Assembly (NCBI RefSeq): GCF_001194135.2
Contig: NC_068989.1
Span: 3,623,263 to 3,687,262, forward strand
Source of the DNA: Octopus bimaculoides
Lineage: Eukaryota
DNA: 64,000 nt
Direction: 5' to 3'
Shown: piece after piece, positions 1 through 11,900 of the stretch
Numbering within the stretch: position 1 is the first letter of the stretch
How the letters are laid out: every line of letters starts with the position of its first letter
Program-made: the position numbers and the translations under genes
The notes under the pieces: generated by a model
Database searches by the model: none
Seen by the model: the letters and a program-made list of their open reading frames with translations, nothing else
What the model was told of the DNA's origin: nothing

Positions 1-43
<43 letters not shown>

Positions 44-532
44 ACATGCACACACACATACACACATGTACTGTGTAAGAATAAATGCGATATTCACTGC
101 GTGCTTTTCGCATGGCTTCCTGGTTTATAGACTCATCCGCTTGGGGTCTTATCCACCAAAATAGCAAATATTCGAAAGCAGTCTAACCTTCAGAGTCCAC
201 CTGCTTGCGGCGCAATTTCGGTCTCCTCAGTTCTTCGTTTCTTTCAAAGTATAACAATAGAACCAGAAGTATAGAGTACAAACAGGATAGATATTGGCTG
301 CAGAATTATATTTAAGCTATTGAGAATTACAATGACAGATAATGGGAATAATTAGCTTTATTAGAACTCTTAACTTTGACATATACTTCGGCAATAAATT
401 ATACTTCCTGCTGATTTGGCATAATACATGTCTGTGCAAAGGTCCTGTATTTCTTCAAATCCTTTTACTTCATAACGAAATCAGCGGAACTCCAGCGATA
501 GTTAGTCTCCTCTTATTGAGTCCATCCTTGAA

Positions 533-840
533 GGCTGTGGCATAGTGGTTAGGAGTATTCAGCTTCCGGTCGGAAAGTCGTGAGTTCGATTCCTGGTGGC
601 GCGTTGTGCTCTCGAAAGAGGCACTTTAATTCACGTTTTCCCAGTCCACTCGGCTGGCAAAAAAAGTGTTATGTTTGTATTTCAAAGAGGCCAGCCTTGT
701 TACATTCTGTGTCACGCTGAATCTCCCTGTGAACTACGCTAAGGGTACGCATATCTGTGGAGTAATCAGCCATGAGTAGGCTGTTCCATTGATTGGATCA
801 TCTGGAATTCTCCTCGTCGTAACCGTAACCGACGGAGCTC
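533..840 (+). mobile_element. tRNA-derived SINE, family S3
   Basis: Head GGCATAGTGG...GAGTTCGATTCC (A and B boxes); aligns along its full length with the copy at 8844-9165, sharing blocks such as ctgtgtcacgctgaatctccctg and accgacggag. Confidence 0.85.
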
Positions 841-2160
841 CAGTTTTTGAGTCCATTATTCGAGAAGAAAACAAAGTTCTTTATATTATGAACAAACTTA
901 ATATTTCTTTCAAATGGTTTTTTAAATTCAGATGAGGAGTCATGCACAGTAAAAAAAAATATGTTGAACGGATCGATAACCCAATAGGAAGGTAGTAAAA
1001 CAAAACCGGAAGTGAAGAGAAACAATATATTAGAGAAAAGAAATCTTCAAAAGCTAGAATAACGAAAATTTGTGGAATCCAGCAAAAAGGTAAGAAAATA
1101 TCCAGTGGTGTTTTAGACTGGACAAAATGTCCGAAATCCGGAAGAACGTAAGGTAGAATGTTATTTAATCAAATAAATTGTTATTGATGTTATCTGAAGT
1201 TTTCTTCTTATGTATTACTCAGTCGTTAGAAGTTTATTAAGGAGAAGCATAGCTAACAGTCTAACCCGACAGCGGTCACCCCAGTAATATGCGTGTCAAA
1301 TACTATCGACACAGAATGAGAGGAGAGCTTAAGTCTTATTACGGGGTGGGAGCGTTAAGCAGTGATATGTGTAAATACAATGCTATTACCAGTTCGAATA
1401 TGTTAATAGCACGTTCAGACTTGTACACAAGCCATTCACTGTGCCGTCGATTTTTGCGACCAGCCGACGTATGTTAACTGAAATTACATAGGAGAGATTG
1501 TCTCTCTCTCATCAGCTCGCAGCGTTTCCACCCGGTTTCTGTGAGTGAAGAGGAGGTAACCTCTCCAAAATGCTGGCATCTCACAGTCTGGATAAGTGGA
1601 GCTGCGAGCTAATCTAGGTGTATTTACATCATTTGTCTGCAGAAAGAAAAATGTCTCCATGACAAAACAGAGTGAATAGCTTGTTACAAGTCTGAACGTG
1701 CCATTATCATTTTCAAACTAGTAACAAGTTTGTATTTAAGTCTTATTAGATAACTTACTGGTGCTGTAATGCTAACTTCGTCAGTGTTGTTGTGTTAGTT
1801 TCAGCCATGATCGTATTAGAAAACGTTCAGGTGGTATAAAGTATATTTTAAAAAAATCTGGTCTGAATAACGCTACGTTCTTTAGAGAAAAGTGTAAAAG
1901 CGTTTCTCTTATTTATAATTGAAGAAAGAAGTCCGTTACTGATTCAGGCTGGAGGAGACAGCATAAATTTAGACGAAAACGTTCAAAAAGAAATTTTAAA
2001 CGGTCTGCTACACCTGCACATCTGAGGTTGTAGGCGCCATCTTGATATTGTATGCATGTATGTATGTATTTATGTACGTGTGTATATATGTGTGCATGTA
2101 TATATGTATGTATGTAAATGTATATATACTCGTACTTACAATTATATATACCATATATTT

Positions 2161-2195
<35 letters not shown>

Positions 2196-2203
<8 letters not shown>

Positions 2204-2275
2204 GACACTGTCAAACGTATACAATCACACATCGAAGAAGCCTGGTTTTTAAAGCCGACCGTTTAACACATCAAC
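2196..2275 (+). repeat. 80-bp direct repeat, copy 1 (copy 2 at 5989-6068)
   Basis: cacatacagacactgtcaaacg...gtttaacacatc occurs twice; 77/80 identical by eye. Confidence 0.95.
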
Positions 2276-2295
2276 AAACACACACGCCACATCAC

Positions 2296-2439
2296 TTCAA
2301 AAGATACGGAACAGCAAAAGGTACTAAAGTAACCCCGGCGTATGGCAAATGTGGTTAAGGGATATTTGAAAATTATAACGTACTAAGACTTGCTACACAA
2401 ATATGAAAGATCTTTCCATCAATAAATAAATAACTGGAG
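2296..2439. repeat. 144-bp inverted repeat, arm 1 (arm 2 at 3587-3730)
   Basis: Near-identical to the reverse complement of 3587-3730, e.g. gtaaccccggcgtatggcaaatgtggttaagggatatttg. Confidence 0.95.
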
Positions 2440-2443
2440 TACA

Positions 2444-2522
<79 letters not shown>

Positions 2523-2574
2523 ACACACACAAACACAAACTGAAATATACATTATAGATGTATGTGAGTAGAAG

Positions 2575-2858
2575 TTTACGATTACCTGTTGGGGTCTGAA
2601 CCCCATGTACCCAACATGTACAGGTGTATAAGTACCCACGTGTATAAATGACTGAGATTACAGCAGGTCCCTGGACGGAACGCCAGTCCATTGCAGGCTT
2701 AACTTCCCAGCTAATGCTGGAACTCATTTACAGCTGAGTGAAATGGAGCAACAGGAAATGAAGTGTTTCACTAAAGAACACAACGCACTGCCCGACCCAG
2801 TACCTGAAACCATGAACTTACGATCACGAGTAACACCCTAAACTCTAAGTCACGTGTT
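2575..2858 (-). mobile_element. tRNA-derived SINE, family S4 (head and core related to S3)
   Basis: The reverse complement starts with a tRNA-like head, then gcgttgtgttctttagtgaaacacttcatttc...cactcagctg, a core shared with 7788-8030. Confidence 0.75.
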
Positions 2859-3586
2859 TCACAATTATACGATTAGAGGATCCATACTTCTCAAATTCAA
2901 ACAAAATACGTTCAACAGATTAAATGTGGAATGTATGTTTGCGTAGGTTTGTGTTATTTATTTATGTTTGAAGAATATGCTGTATATATANNNNNNNNNN
3001 NNNNNNNNNNNNNNNNNNNNNNNNNNNNNNNNNNNNNNNNNNNNNNNNNNNNNNNNNNNNNNNNNNNNNNNNNNNNNNNNNNNNNNNNNNNNNNNNNNNN
3101 NNNNNNNNNNNNNNNNNNNNNNNNNATATATATATATATATATATATACATATATCCTAATCGAAGTGTACTGAGATCAATATCCTACGGACTGCGAATG
3201 TGTTTCACTATTCTCATAATTCTGCAAAGATATTCCTCCGAAGAACTAGGTAAACAGAGAAACGATTACTCTTAGTAGCATATTTGTGTGTGAGTGTGTA
3301 TGTGTGCATGTGAGAGATAGAGGGGTGGACAGACAGAGAGATAAACAGAGAGATAAGCACTAGCTAGCTAGCTAGCAAGATAGATAGAGAGATATTGCAT
3401 CAAATCTGTAAGGTTTTAATATACGTCTGTCTCAGTTCATTTGTTGATTTTCATTACTAAAATATCTGAAAATAGTTTCTTTTGACTGAATTCCATTGTG
3501 AATTGAATATTATTATTTATTCTATTAAGCGATACATTAAATTCTCTATTTTCGTTCCAAATATAAAGCAATCATCTAAATACCTT

Positions 3587-3730
3587 CTCCAGTTCTTTAT
3601 TTATTGATCGAAAGATCTTTCATATTTTTGTAGCAAGTCTTAGTACGTTATAATTTTCAAATATCCCTTAACCACATTTGCCATACGCCGGGGTTACTTT
3701 TGTACCTGTTGCTGTTCTGTATTTTTTGAA
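3587..3730. repeat. 144-bp inverted repeat, arm 2
   Basis: Reverse complement of 2296-2439. Confidence 0.95.
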
Positions 3731-4134
3731 ATAATTATTTTAGGGAACACATTTTAATCCTACAATGATAATTTTTCTTTATGCATTCTGGTAATTCTTC
3801 TGCCTAATTCTCCAACTATAAGTTTGGCGCTTCTATTCTATAGTCATGGGGCATGTTTGTATACAAAATCAAAACATCAAAAGTTAAAATGTCTATCATT
3901 AATTGCTTTTGGAAGCTATTTCAATACACCTAGACCATCTCTCGTAAAAACATTTAATGTGCTTTAGAAACAGTTTCAAATAAAATATCTCCCAAAATTA
4001 CTCAGACAGTGGCTTATTGGTCTCCATTTTAAATTGTTTGTTTATATAACATTAATGCATATATTTGAAGATTATTTGCATGTTTGATGTATTTTAAAAA
4101 TTTTTTCGCAATATATACACAACGAAAAGGTTAA
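3668..4134. mobile_element. possible piggyBac-type MITE
   Basis: Bounded by TTAA-CC at the left end and GAAAAGG-TTAA at the right; the TIR match beyond ~6 bp is poor. Confidence 0.35.
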
Positions 4135-4299
4135 AAACTATAACTAGTAAAAGCTGATGAAGCATATTCCTACTTTGTTACACTTATACTCCCAAATGAT
4201 TAACCAATGATATATTTATATAACTAATTTCAAATGTAAATGTATAAATCTTTTTTCTATAACTTACTAGAAAGATTAGAGGATAGGCCTGAATATTTT

Positions 4300-5690
4300 C
4301 TGCCGTCGTGCCTTGTCCTGACCTTACCATCACCAGACTAGAGCGCATTCTCTTCCGCTTCTTGTGGAAAGGATGCGTTCCGATGGTCAGGCGATCCGTT
4401 TGCTGCCAACACCCGTTAAAACGAGGGCTGGGCATGCCGTGGTTGATGATGCACAGACACGCGCTGAGACTGCGACATCTCCCGCTTTACGTAGACGACG
4501 GTGAGCAGGTGTGATCGTTGTTTGTGAGGCACGCTTTTCCGCAGCTCGTCTCCATGACCGAACTGCAGTCGTGGATCAAAAGGAGGCCGAGGAAGGGCGA
4601 ATGGCACCGCGAGTGTCACGTTGCTCTCAAGCAACTATATCGTCCCGGGNNNNNNNNNNNNNNNNNNNNNNNNNNNNNNNNNNNNNNNNNNNNNNNNNNN
4701 NNNNNNNNNNNNNNNNNNNNNNNNNNNNNNNNNNNNNNNNNNNNNNNNNNNNNNNNNNNNNNNNNNNNNNNNNNNNNNNNNNNNNNNNNNNNNNNNNNNN
4801 NNNNNNNCAACCAAAGCATTCTATAGGGGATTCGTGGAGGGGAGTTACGACGACAATCTCGGGGCGAACCTGGGTGTCGACGAGAAATACCTGACCCACC
4901 TGTTCAAGACGACTTTTGAGCCGGGCCCTATGGACAACTTCCAGAGATCCCTGGCCTGGCAGTGCTATCGAGAAACGCTACCCGTTGGGGATAAGCTCTA
5001 CAGGCGTGGCTCGAGAAACACGGGCTGTAGAGCTGTGGGCTTATGTGGAACGACTGCTATCGCGTGTGGGACGAGTCAGTTTATCAACCGAGTCTATCAT
5101 GAATATTGTCGCGCCCCTTCCTTGAAACAGGAAGGAAGAGCCATTTTCAGCGTACTTGTGGCTATGGTAAAAGAATGTGTATTGGTGGAGGCGTCTGAAA
5201 GGTCTAGAGACAAACACATTCTTCTCTGGTGAATCTCTCATCAACTTCTTCAACTATCACTTGAAGAGGAAGGTGAGAGTAGAGAGGGAAGTTTTGTCTA
5301 GTGAGCGTTTCATAAAAAGATGGGTGAATGTAGCAAGGATGGCACGTGTGAATGAGGGAGCCAGCTTGAGCATAATCCTATGAACCAGAAAAAGAAAGGA
5401 AAAAGAGAGAGTCACTTACTGTAATGTGTTTTTTTTGTATGACACTATTGCCCAAGGTTACCGTGGTCTTTTCCGTAGGCTTCTCGTTCCACGGATAAAC
5501 GTAATCTGTTTTCCCTTTTTACATTGACATTTCTGTGATACACGATCCCTATTGATCGGCCTTTTTTTTTCCACGATCCCTTCTGATCGAAATTCAACCC
5601 ACTTTTTTTTCTCTTCTTCCGAAAAAGAAAAGCTCTACTTTGTATTTTGTCCCCCCTGTGTTCAGCCCAGTGTGGCCAATAAAGAAACAC
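4300..5690 (+). mobile_element. 5'-truncated L1/Tx1-clade LINE (RT C-terminus and zf-RVT region, 3' UTR), interrupted by a gap
   Basis: Translates as VPCPDLTITRLERILFRFLWKG...RGLGMPWLM, then FQRSLAWQCYRETLPVGDKLYRRG and HLKRKVRVERE...RWVNVARM; has stops and frameshifts; ends AATAAAGAAA followed by (TATC)n. Confidence 0.9.
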
Positions 5691-5761
<71 letters not shown>

Positions 5762-5988
5762 CTTCTGTCTGTTCAACATAACATATTGAAAGTACGCTAT
5801 AAATGTTTGGCAATTCTTGCATTCGTTATTGCAGTTCTGCAATATAAACTGCTGTATACAAACACGCATGTAAAAATTCATGAATACGTACAAGGACACG
5901 CACACACACAGAGATCAAAAACGCACACGTATGCCACACATACACATATGCCACACATACACATATGCCACACGCACACACACACAAA

Positions 5989-6068
5989 CACATACAGACA
6001 CTGTCAAACGTATACAATCACACCTCGAAGCAGCCTGGTTTTTAAAGCCGACCGTTTAACACATCGAC
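5989..6068 (+). repeat. 80-bp direct repeat, copy 2
   Basis: See 2196-2275. Confidence 0.95.
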
Positions 6069-6477
6069 TTATTTATTCATTTATTCACGAGTGAAACGAA
6101 GAGGCACAATTAAAGAGGTACGTGAATCTTAATAAAAGTCGCTGAAATCAAATAACCGGCTAACAATCAAGCAACAAAGATCACAAATGGACCAAGTCAT
6201 TGTATAAAAACAAGGCAGTATATATTAAAAACATGAAAACACACACACACACACACCTATATATACATATGTATGAAGGTATAAACAAGCGTGTTTTTTT
6301 CTCTTCTAATAGTTGTTTATTGTCTTACTGCAGACATTCAATTTATTCAGTTGATTAGTTCGGGACGAATTGTAATTTAATAAGTTGCTATAGGAAGATT
6401 AATCGAATAAGTGTTGTTTCGGTGATTGTCTCTCCTAGATTGAAACAGCAACAACAGCTACAGCAACAACACCAATA

Positions 6478-6598
6478 ACCCTTTCTACTATAGGCACAAG
6501 GTTTGAAATTTTGCAGGAGGGGTTAAGTCGATTATATTGAGTCTAGGACTCAACTGGTATTTATTTTATCGACGAAAGCCAAAGTCAACTTCGGCAAA
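6478..6598 (-). mobile_element. SINE family S2, 3' part
   Basis: ctttctactataggcacaagg...agtcgattatattga...ttttatcgac...aaagtcaacttcggc matches the copies at 34075, 34318 and 59850. Confidence 0.8.
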
Positions 6599-6844
6599 AA
6601 CGAGAGCCCCCTAAATGACTGGGGAAACCTAAGTTAGGGTACCCACACATGAATAGATTACCTCAAGATATCAAATGAAAATAACTTCTGTCAGTTTTGG
6701 GGGTCAGGGTACAGCCACGTAGTTAGTATGGGCCCATGTAGTTAGGCCAAGTTCGCCCCTCTCATCCATCTTCTATAAAACTCTTGTGGGAGCGTGCATC
6801 TCTCTCTTCCCCTCCTCGCTTAACAACTGCTATTCTCTCTGGTC

Positions 6845-7322
6845 TCTTTTAATTGTTTCAGCCATCGGACTGCGGCCATACTGGGGCACCGCCTTGAATG
6901 GTTTCAATCGAACAAATCGGCGCCATTGCTTATTGGTAAGTCTGATACTTATTCTGTTGGTCTCTTTTACCGAACCGTTAAGTCACAGGGATGTAAACAA
7001 ACTAACACTGGTTTCCAGGCGATAGAAGGAACAAACAAACTCACAGACACACACATACAGCTACAAACACACAGAGATTCAAACACACACAGATACAAAC
7101 ACACACAGATACAAACACACACATACACTCATACATGCATACAAACACAGGCGCACGCGATGGGTTTCCATACAATTTCCGTTAGGCAAATTCCCTCACA
7201 AGGCATTGATTAGTCGGCCCGTAGCTATTGTAGAAGACGCTTGTCCAAAGTGCCACGCAGTGAGACTGAACCCGTAACCATATAGTTTTGCAAAGCGAGC
7301 TTCTACACCACACACCCGTGCT
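6845..7322 (-). mobile_element. tRNA-derived SINE family S1 with internal (CA)n
   Basis: gactgcggccatactggg tail, ccgaaccgttaag...gtaaacaaac middle, gccacgcagtgagactgaacccg head; the same blocks recur in more than 10 copies. Confidence 0.9.
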
Positions 7323-7787
7323 TACACCTACCAAACACAAAAAAACGCCCCCGCCACCAAATATATATAAAAAAGCCGCTCTCTCCCCACCAAATAAAAA
7401 ACGAAATCTCATCTAAAGTAGAAGAATCATCCAGTTCACAAATCTAATTGCGTTCTTGCAATTAGAGTTGTGTTGCGACAAATTTCCAAGTGATATCAAT
7501 ATTCTAGAAAATAAGGAAACGATAGGTGTTGACAAGTTCTTAACCGAAGATGTAAAACTAGGAATCAATAAGAAAACTAAACGGTCTTGAGACGGTGTGA
7601 AGGCAGGTGTTAAAGCATTTTAGACCTGAATCCTGAATATGGCTGCTTAAATTCGTCAGCAAGTGTTTCCTCACACATAAACACCTAAATTATGGAGGAA
7701 AGCCAAAGGTGTCACTTTTCTTAAATCAATGGAAATCACAAGCAACACGTTTCTAACAAACGGTTCTCTTTTAGTCACATTTAAAGA

Positions 7788-8030
7788 TGTGGCGGCACCT
7801 GACTTAGTGGTTGGACTCATGATCACAAGATTGTGGTTTCGAGTTCCGAACCGGGCGATGCGTTGTATTCTTGAGCAAAACACTTCATTTCACATTCCTC
7901 CAGTCCACTCAGCTGCCAAAAATGAGTAATCTTGTGACGGATCGGCGTCCCATCCAGGTGGGGAATATTATAAGCCATTGAAATCAGGAAACCGGACCTT
8001 ATGAGCCTGACACAACTCGAGAAGGTAAAT
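7788..8030 (+). mobile_element. tRNA-derived SINE, family S4
   Basis: TGACTTAGTGG A box, GGTTTCGAGTTCC B-box-like, core gcgttgtattcttgagcaaaacacttcatttcac. Confidence 0.75.
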
Positions 8031-8049
8031 TTAAAGATGTTTAAGCTAG

Positions 8050-8200
8050 ACGATACAAAAAGGGACAGGAAAACACAAGGACGGGTCATTCGGAGTTTAC
8101 TATCCTCAGTCAAGTTCCAGATCGTCTAAGCAGTTTCGGCTAATTATACTCGAGACTGCTCCAATCTGGCCAGCCCCAAGAAAAATCTAAGCTAAGAACC
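8050..8200. repeat. unclassified interspersed repeat (inverted copy at 15395-15585)
   Basis: gggtcattcggagttt...aagttccagat...tgctccaatctggccagc matches the reverse complement of the 15.4-15.6 kb segment. Confidence 0.75.
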
Positions 8201-8843
8201 AGAGTAAGCGCATAAATGCGAAACAAGGTGGAGAAAAGCAGTTCGCGAAGACCGGAGGTAGAGTAACAGTTTTTGTGATGTCTTTGCAACGTTATTTATA
8301 AAGTATATATATATATATATATATNNNNNNNNNNNNNNNNNNNNNNNNNNNNNNNNNNNNNNNNNNNNNNNNNNNNNNNNNNNNNNNNNNNNNNNNNNNN
8401 NNNNNNNNNNNNNNNNNNNNNNNNNNNNNNNNNNNNNNNNNNNNNNNNNNNNNNNNNNNNNNNNNNNNTATATATAAAACCAGTTACATATATGTATATA
8501 CATATATGTACAAACACACCCACACAACTACACACGCACACATACATTTATATTTCCAGTTACATACATATATATATATTGCCAGTAGAATGTTCGCTAT
8601 TGCGTGATGAAATGAGGGGGTGGTTACGCAATGAAGTAATATGTAATTTCATGCATCAATTGATAAATAGCTATGCTATGGAAATGTGCGTAGCATAAAC
8701 TGAGATGCTTATTTATATTCCGCCCCCCACACACACACATACATACACATATATATGTGTACGTGTGTGTGTATATGTATATTTGTGTATTTGTGCATGT
8801 GCATGTGCCTGTATGTATGTATACGTGTGTATATGTGTTATGT

Positions 8844-9165
8844 GAAGGCGCGTGGCTCAGTGGTTAGGGCATTCGGCTCACGATCGTAAGGTTGTGAGTT
8901 CCATTCCCGGCGACGCGTTGTGTCCTTCAGCAAGACACTTTACTTCACGTTGCTCCAGTCCACTAAGCTGGCGAAAATAAGTTGTACCTGTATTTCAAAG
9001 GGCCAGCCTTGTCACACTCTGTGTCACGCTGAATCTCCCTGAGAACTACGATAAGGGTACACGTGTCTGTGGAGTGCTCAGCCACTTGCACGTTAATTTC
9101 ACGAGCAAGCTGTTTCCTTGATCGCATCAGCTGGGACCATCATCGTCGCAACCGACGGAGTGCTC
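8844..9165 (+). mobile_element. tRNA-derived SINE family S3, near full length
   Basis: TGGCTCAGTGG A box, GAGTTCCATTCC B box; aligns with 533-840. Confidence 0.9.
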
Positions 9166-9501
9166 CTTTGATATGTGTTATACATGAATATCATTTATCA
9201 TGTAACTATATTACAAACTTGCCAGTAACTATCTCATTTACATATAATTAAAACAATTAGCTATCGATTTATTCAGCTAGCTAGGTAGCTAGAAATCTGT
9301 CTCACTAACTAATTAAATGACTCACTGATGTAGCTAATGGGAGTTTTTAATTAGCTGCATAATTAACTAGCTGATTAACTAAATAATTGCTTGTGTAGCA
9401 TTTTGAGTGGTTTATTATTTGTTGTTTAACCCAAGGTTAGCTCTGGCTGCGTTGACCTCTCATAAAAAATGCGTTTCACTTGTGTCTATTACGTCTTATT
9501 G

Positions 9502-9538
<37 letters not shown>

Positions 9539-10250
9539 NNNNNNNNNNNNNNNNNNNNNNNNNNNNNNNNNNNNNNNNNNNNNNNNNNNNNNNNNNNNNN
9601 NNNNNNNNNNNNNNNNNNNNNNNNNNNNNNNNNNNNNNNNNNNNNNNNNNNNNNNNNNNNNNNNNNNNNNNNNNNNNNNNNNNNNNNNNNNNNNNNNNNN
9701 NNNNNNNNNNNNNNNNNNNNNNNNNNNNNNNNNNNNNNNNNNNNNNNNNNNNNNNNNNNNNNNNNNNNNNNNNNNNNNNNNNNNNNNNNNNNNNNNNNNN
9801 NNNNNNNNNNNNNNNNNNNNNNNNNNNNNNNNNNNNNNNNNNNNNNNNNNNNNNNNNNNNNNNNNNNNNNNNNNNNNNNNNNNNNNNNNNNNNNNNNNNN
9901 NNNNNNNNNNNNNNNNNNNNNNNNNNNNNNNNNNNNNNNNNNNNNNNNNNNNNNNNNNNNNNNNNNNNNNNNNNNNNNNNNNNNNNNNNNNNNNNNNNNN
10001 NNNNNNNNNNNNNNNNNNNNNNNNNNNNNNNNNNNNNNNNNNNNNNNNNNNNNNNNNNNNNNNNNNNNNNNNNNNNNNNNNNNNNNNNNNNNNNNNNNNN
10101 NNNNNNNNNNNNNNNNNNNNNNNNNNNNNNNNNNNNNNNNNNNNNNNNNNNNNNNNNNNNNNNNNNNNNNNNNNNNNNNNNNNNNNNNNNNNNNNNNNNN
10201 NTATATATACATACATATATACATACATATATATATATATATGAATATAT

Positions 10251-10476
10251 GGGTACAGGACGTCACAAACCGTAAACAACATGAAATACGAAGATAAATT
10301 TTTGTATGCGAACAGCGAGAGAAACAAATGGACAAGAGTAGATGGACAGCCGACAACTGATGAAGCGTCGTTTTTTATGTTACTTGTCTTGTTTTCCATT
10401 TATTTCTCTCGTTATTCGCATACAAAAGTTCGTCTTCGTATTTCATGCTGTTTACGTTTTGTGACGTCCTGTACCC
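10251..10476. mobile_element. palindromic (foldback) element, probably a Penelope-like terminus with an inverted copy
   Basis: ~81-bp arms gggtacaggacgtcacaaa... / ...tttgtgacgtcctgtaccc; a 63-bp spacer containing CTGATGAAG; symmetric TA-rich flanks. Confidence 0.7.
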
Positions 10477-10483
10477 ATATATG

Positions 10484-10514
<31 letters not shown>

Positions 10515-10558
10515 CATTATTATATCATTGAACGCCACGCCTCCATTTCCAAATAAGT

Positions 10559-10634
<76 letters not shown>

Positions 10635-11149
10635 ATTAGTGAGACCCGTGGAAATTACACACAATGAAAAAGATTAAGTTAAACTATTTAAAAAAGAAAG
10701 GATGATTTGCAGTTTTATTTTTCTTCACTTCCAGTCACAATAATATATTTTATGATTTTAAAATTTCCATAAGCTAAGTACCTTATATTTCTCTCTTTCT
10801 CTCAATCTCTTCAACAAACTTTTTAACCATGTAATTCCCCTCTTTATGTCTTTAACATTTCTCTCTTCCTCTCTTCACCTCTCACTTCCGCTAACCACAT
10901 GAATGACAGCATAATGCATCGGCTGGCTATCAGCTCTCTCACTCACTCTCATAATCCTTCCTCCTCTCTCTCACTTCAGATCCACCCCTCTCTGAGAAAC
11001 TATAATGTTCTTCTGTTACGCACATGTGGAAGAATATTATAGATAAAAAGAAATACTCTTCACTATAAACACACCACCACCATCACCACCGCCACCACCA
11101 CCACCTCCACGACGATGTCGACGACGACGACGACGACCACCACCACCTG

Positions 11150-11900
11150 ACTGACTTGTTGCTAAATTTGCAACATAATTGATTTTCTGAATTGCTAACT
11201 AGCTATATAATTAATTAGGCGACTAGTTATTAGATTTCTTAGCTAGCTAGGTAGCTACTACAAAGCGGCTATATAATTAATTAATTAATTGGCTAGCTTA
11301 TTAGCAGTTAGCTATCTAATAAATTACTCGATCTATATACCTAGCAACATAGTTAACGAACTGAATTAATTATCACATTAAATACCATGTTAATTAATCA
11401 AGTAGCCAACCAACTAATTAACAACGTAATTAAAAAGTCGCAACGAAATCGATAAATAAACAATTATTAAAGTAGATAAATAAAGTCTGTGAAATGATTA
11501 ACTAACTGATTATAATATGCACATTATGTAACTAACAGATTATTCAGTTTGGATTATTTTGTAATTAACTAAGAGATAACGACAACGACTATTTAATTAG
11601 CTACTCAGTTTATTGATGAATTATCTAGGTATTTAAATGTTAAATTAATTAATCATTTGTTGTCAGTGTTTTGCAGATAATTAAGAATCTATTTCACAAA
11701 CAAAATATTGACCAGTATATTTTACTAATTAAACAATTCATGAGATAACTAAATACTTGTTACATAAACTGGTAAGTCCATAATTAATTAGTTATATAGA
11801 TAATTAAACTAACTAGGTAATACCCAACCGTTTAACTATGTAATTAAATTGCAAAACAAACTGTCGTTATTATAGCTTTGTCATAATTAATTTTTTTAAT
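11150..11900. repeat. degenerate TAAT/TAGC/TAAC low-complexity tract (similar tract at 9240-9390)
   Basis: Dense taatta, ttaattaa, tagctag and taactaa words with no fixed period. Confidence 0.7.

Noticed and set aside
9407-10399. Long ORFs in the track spanning N gaps or TA/CA/ATGT repeats (here and throughout)
   Set aside because: Open only because N and dinucleotide or tetranucleotide runs lack stop codons.
10630-11050. Possible Helitron-like element after (TATC)n
   Set aside because: Single copy in the window, with no 3' hairpin-CTRR end identified.
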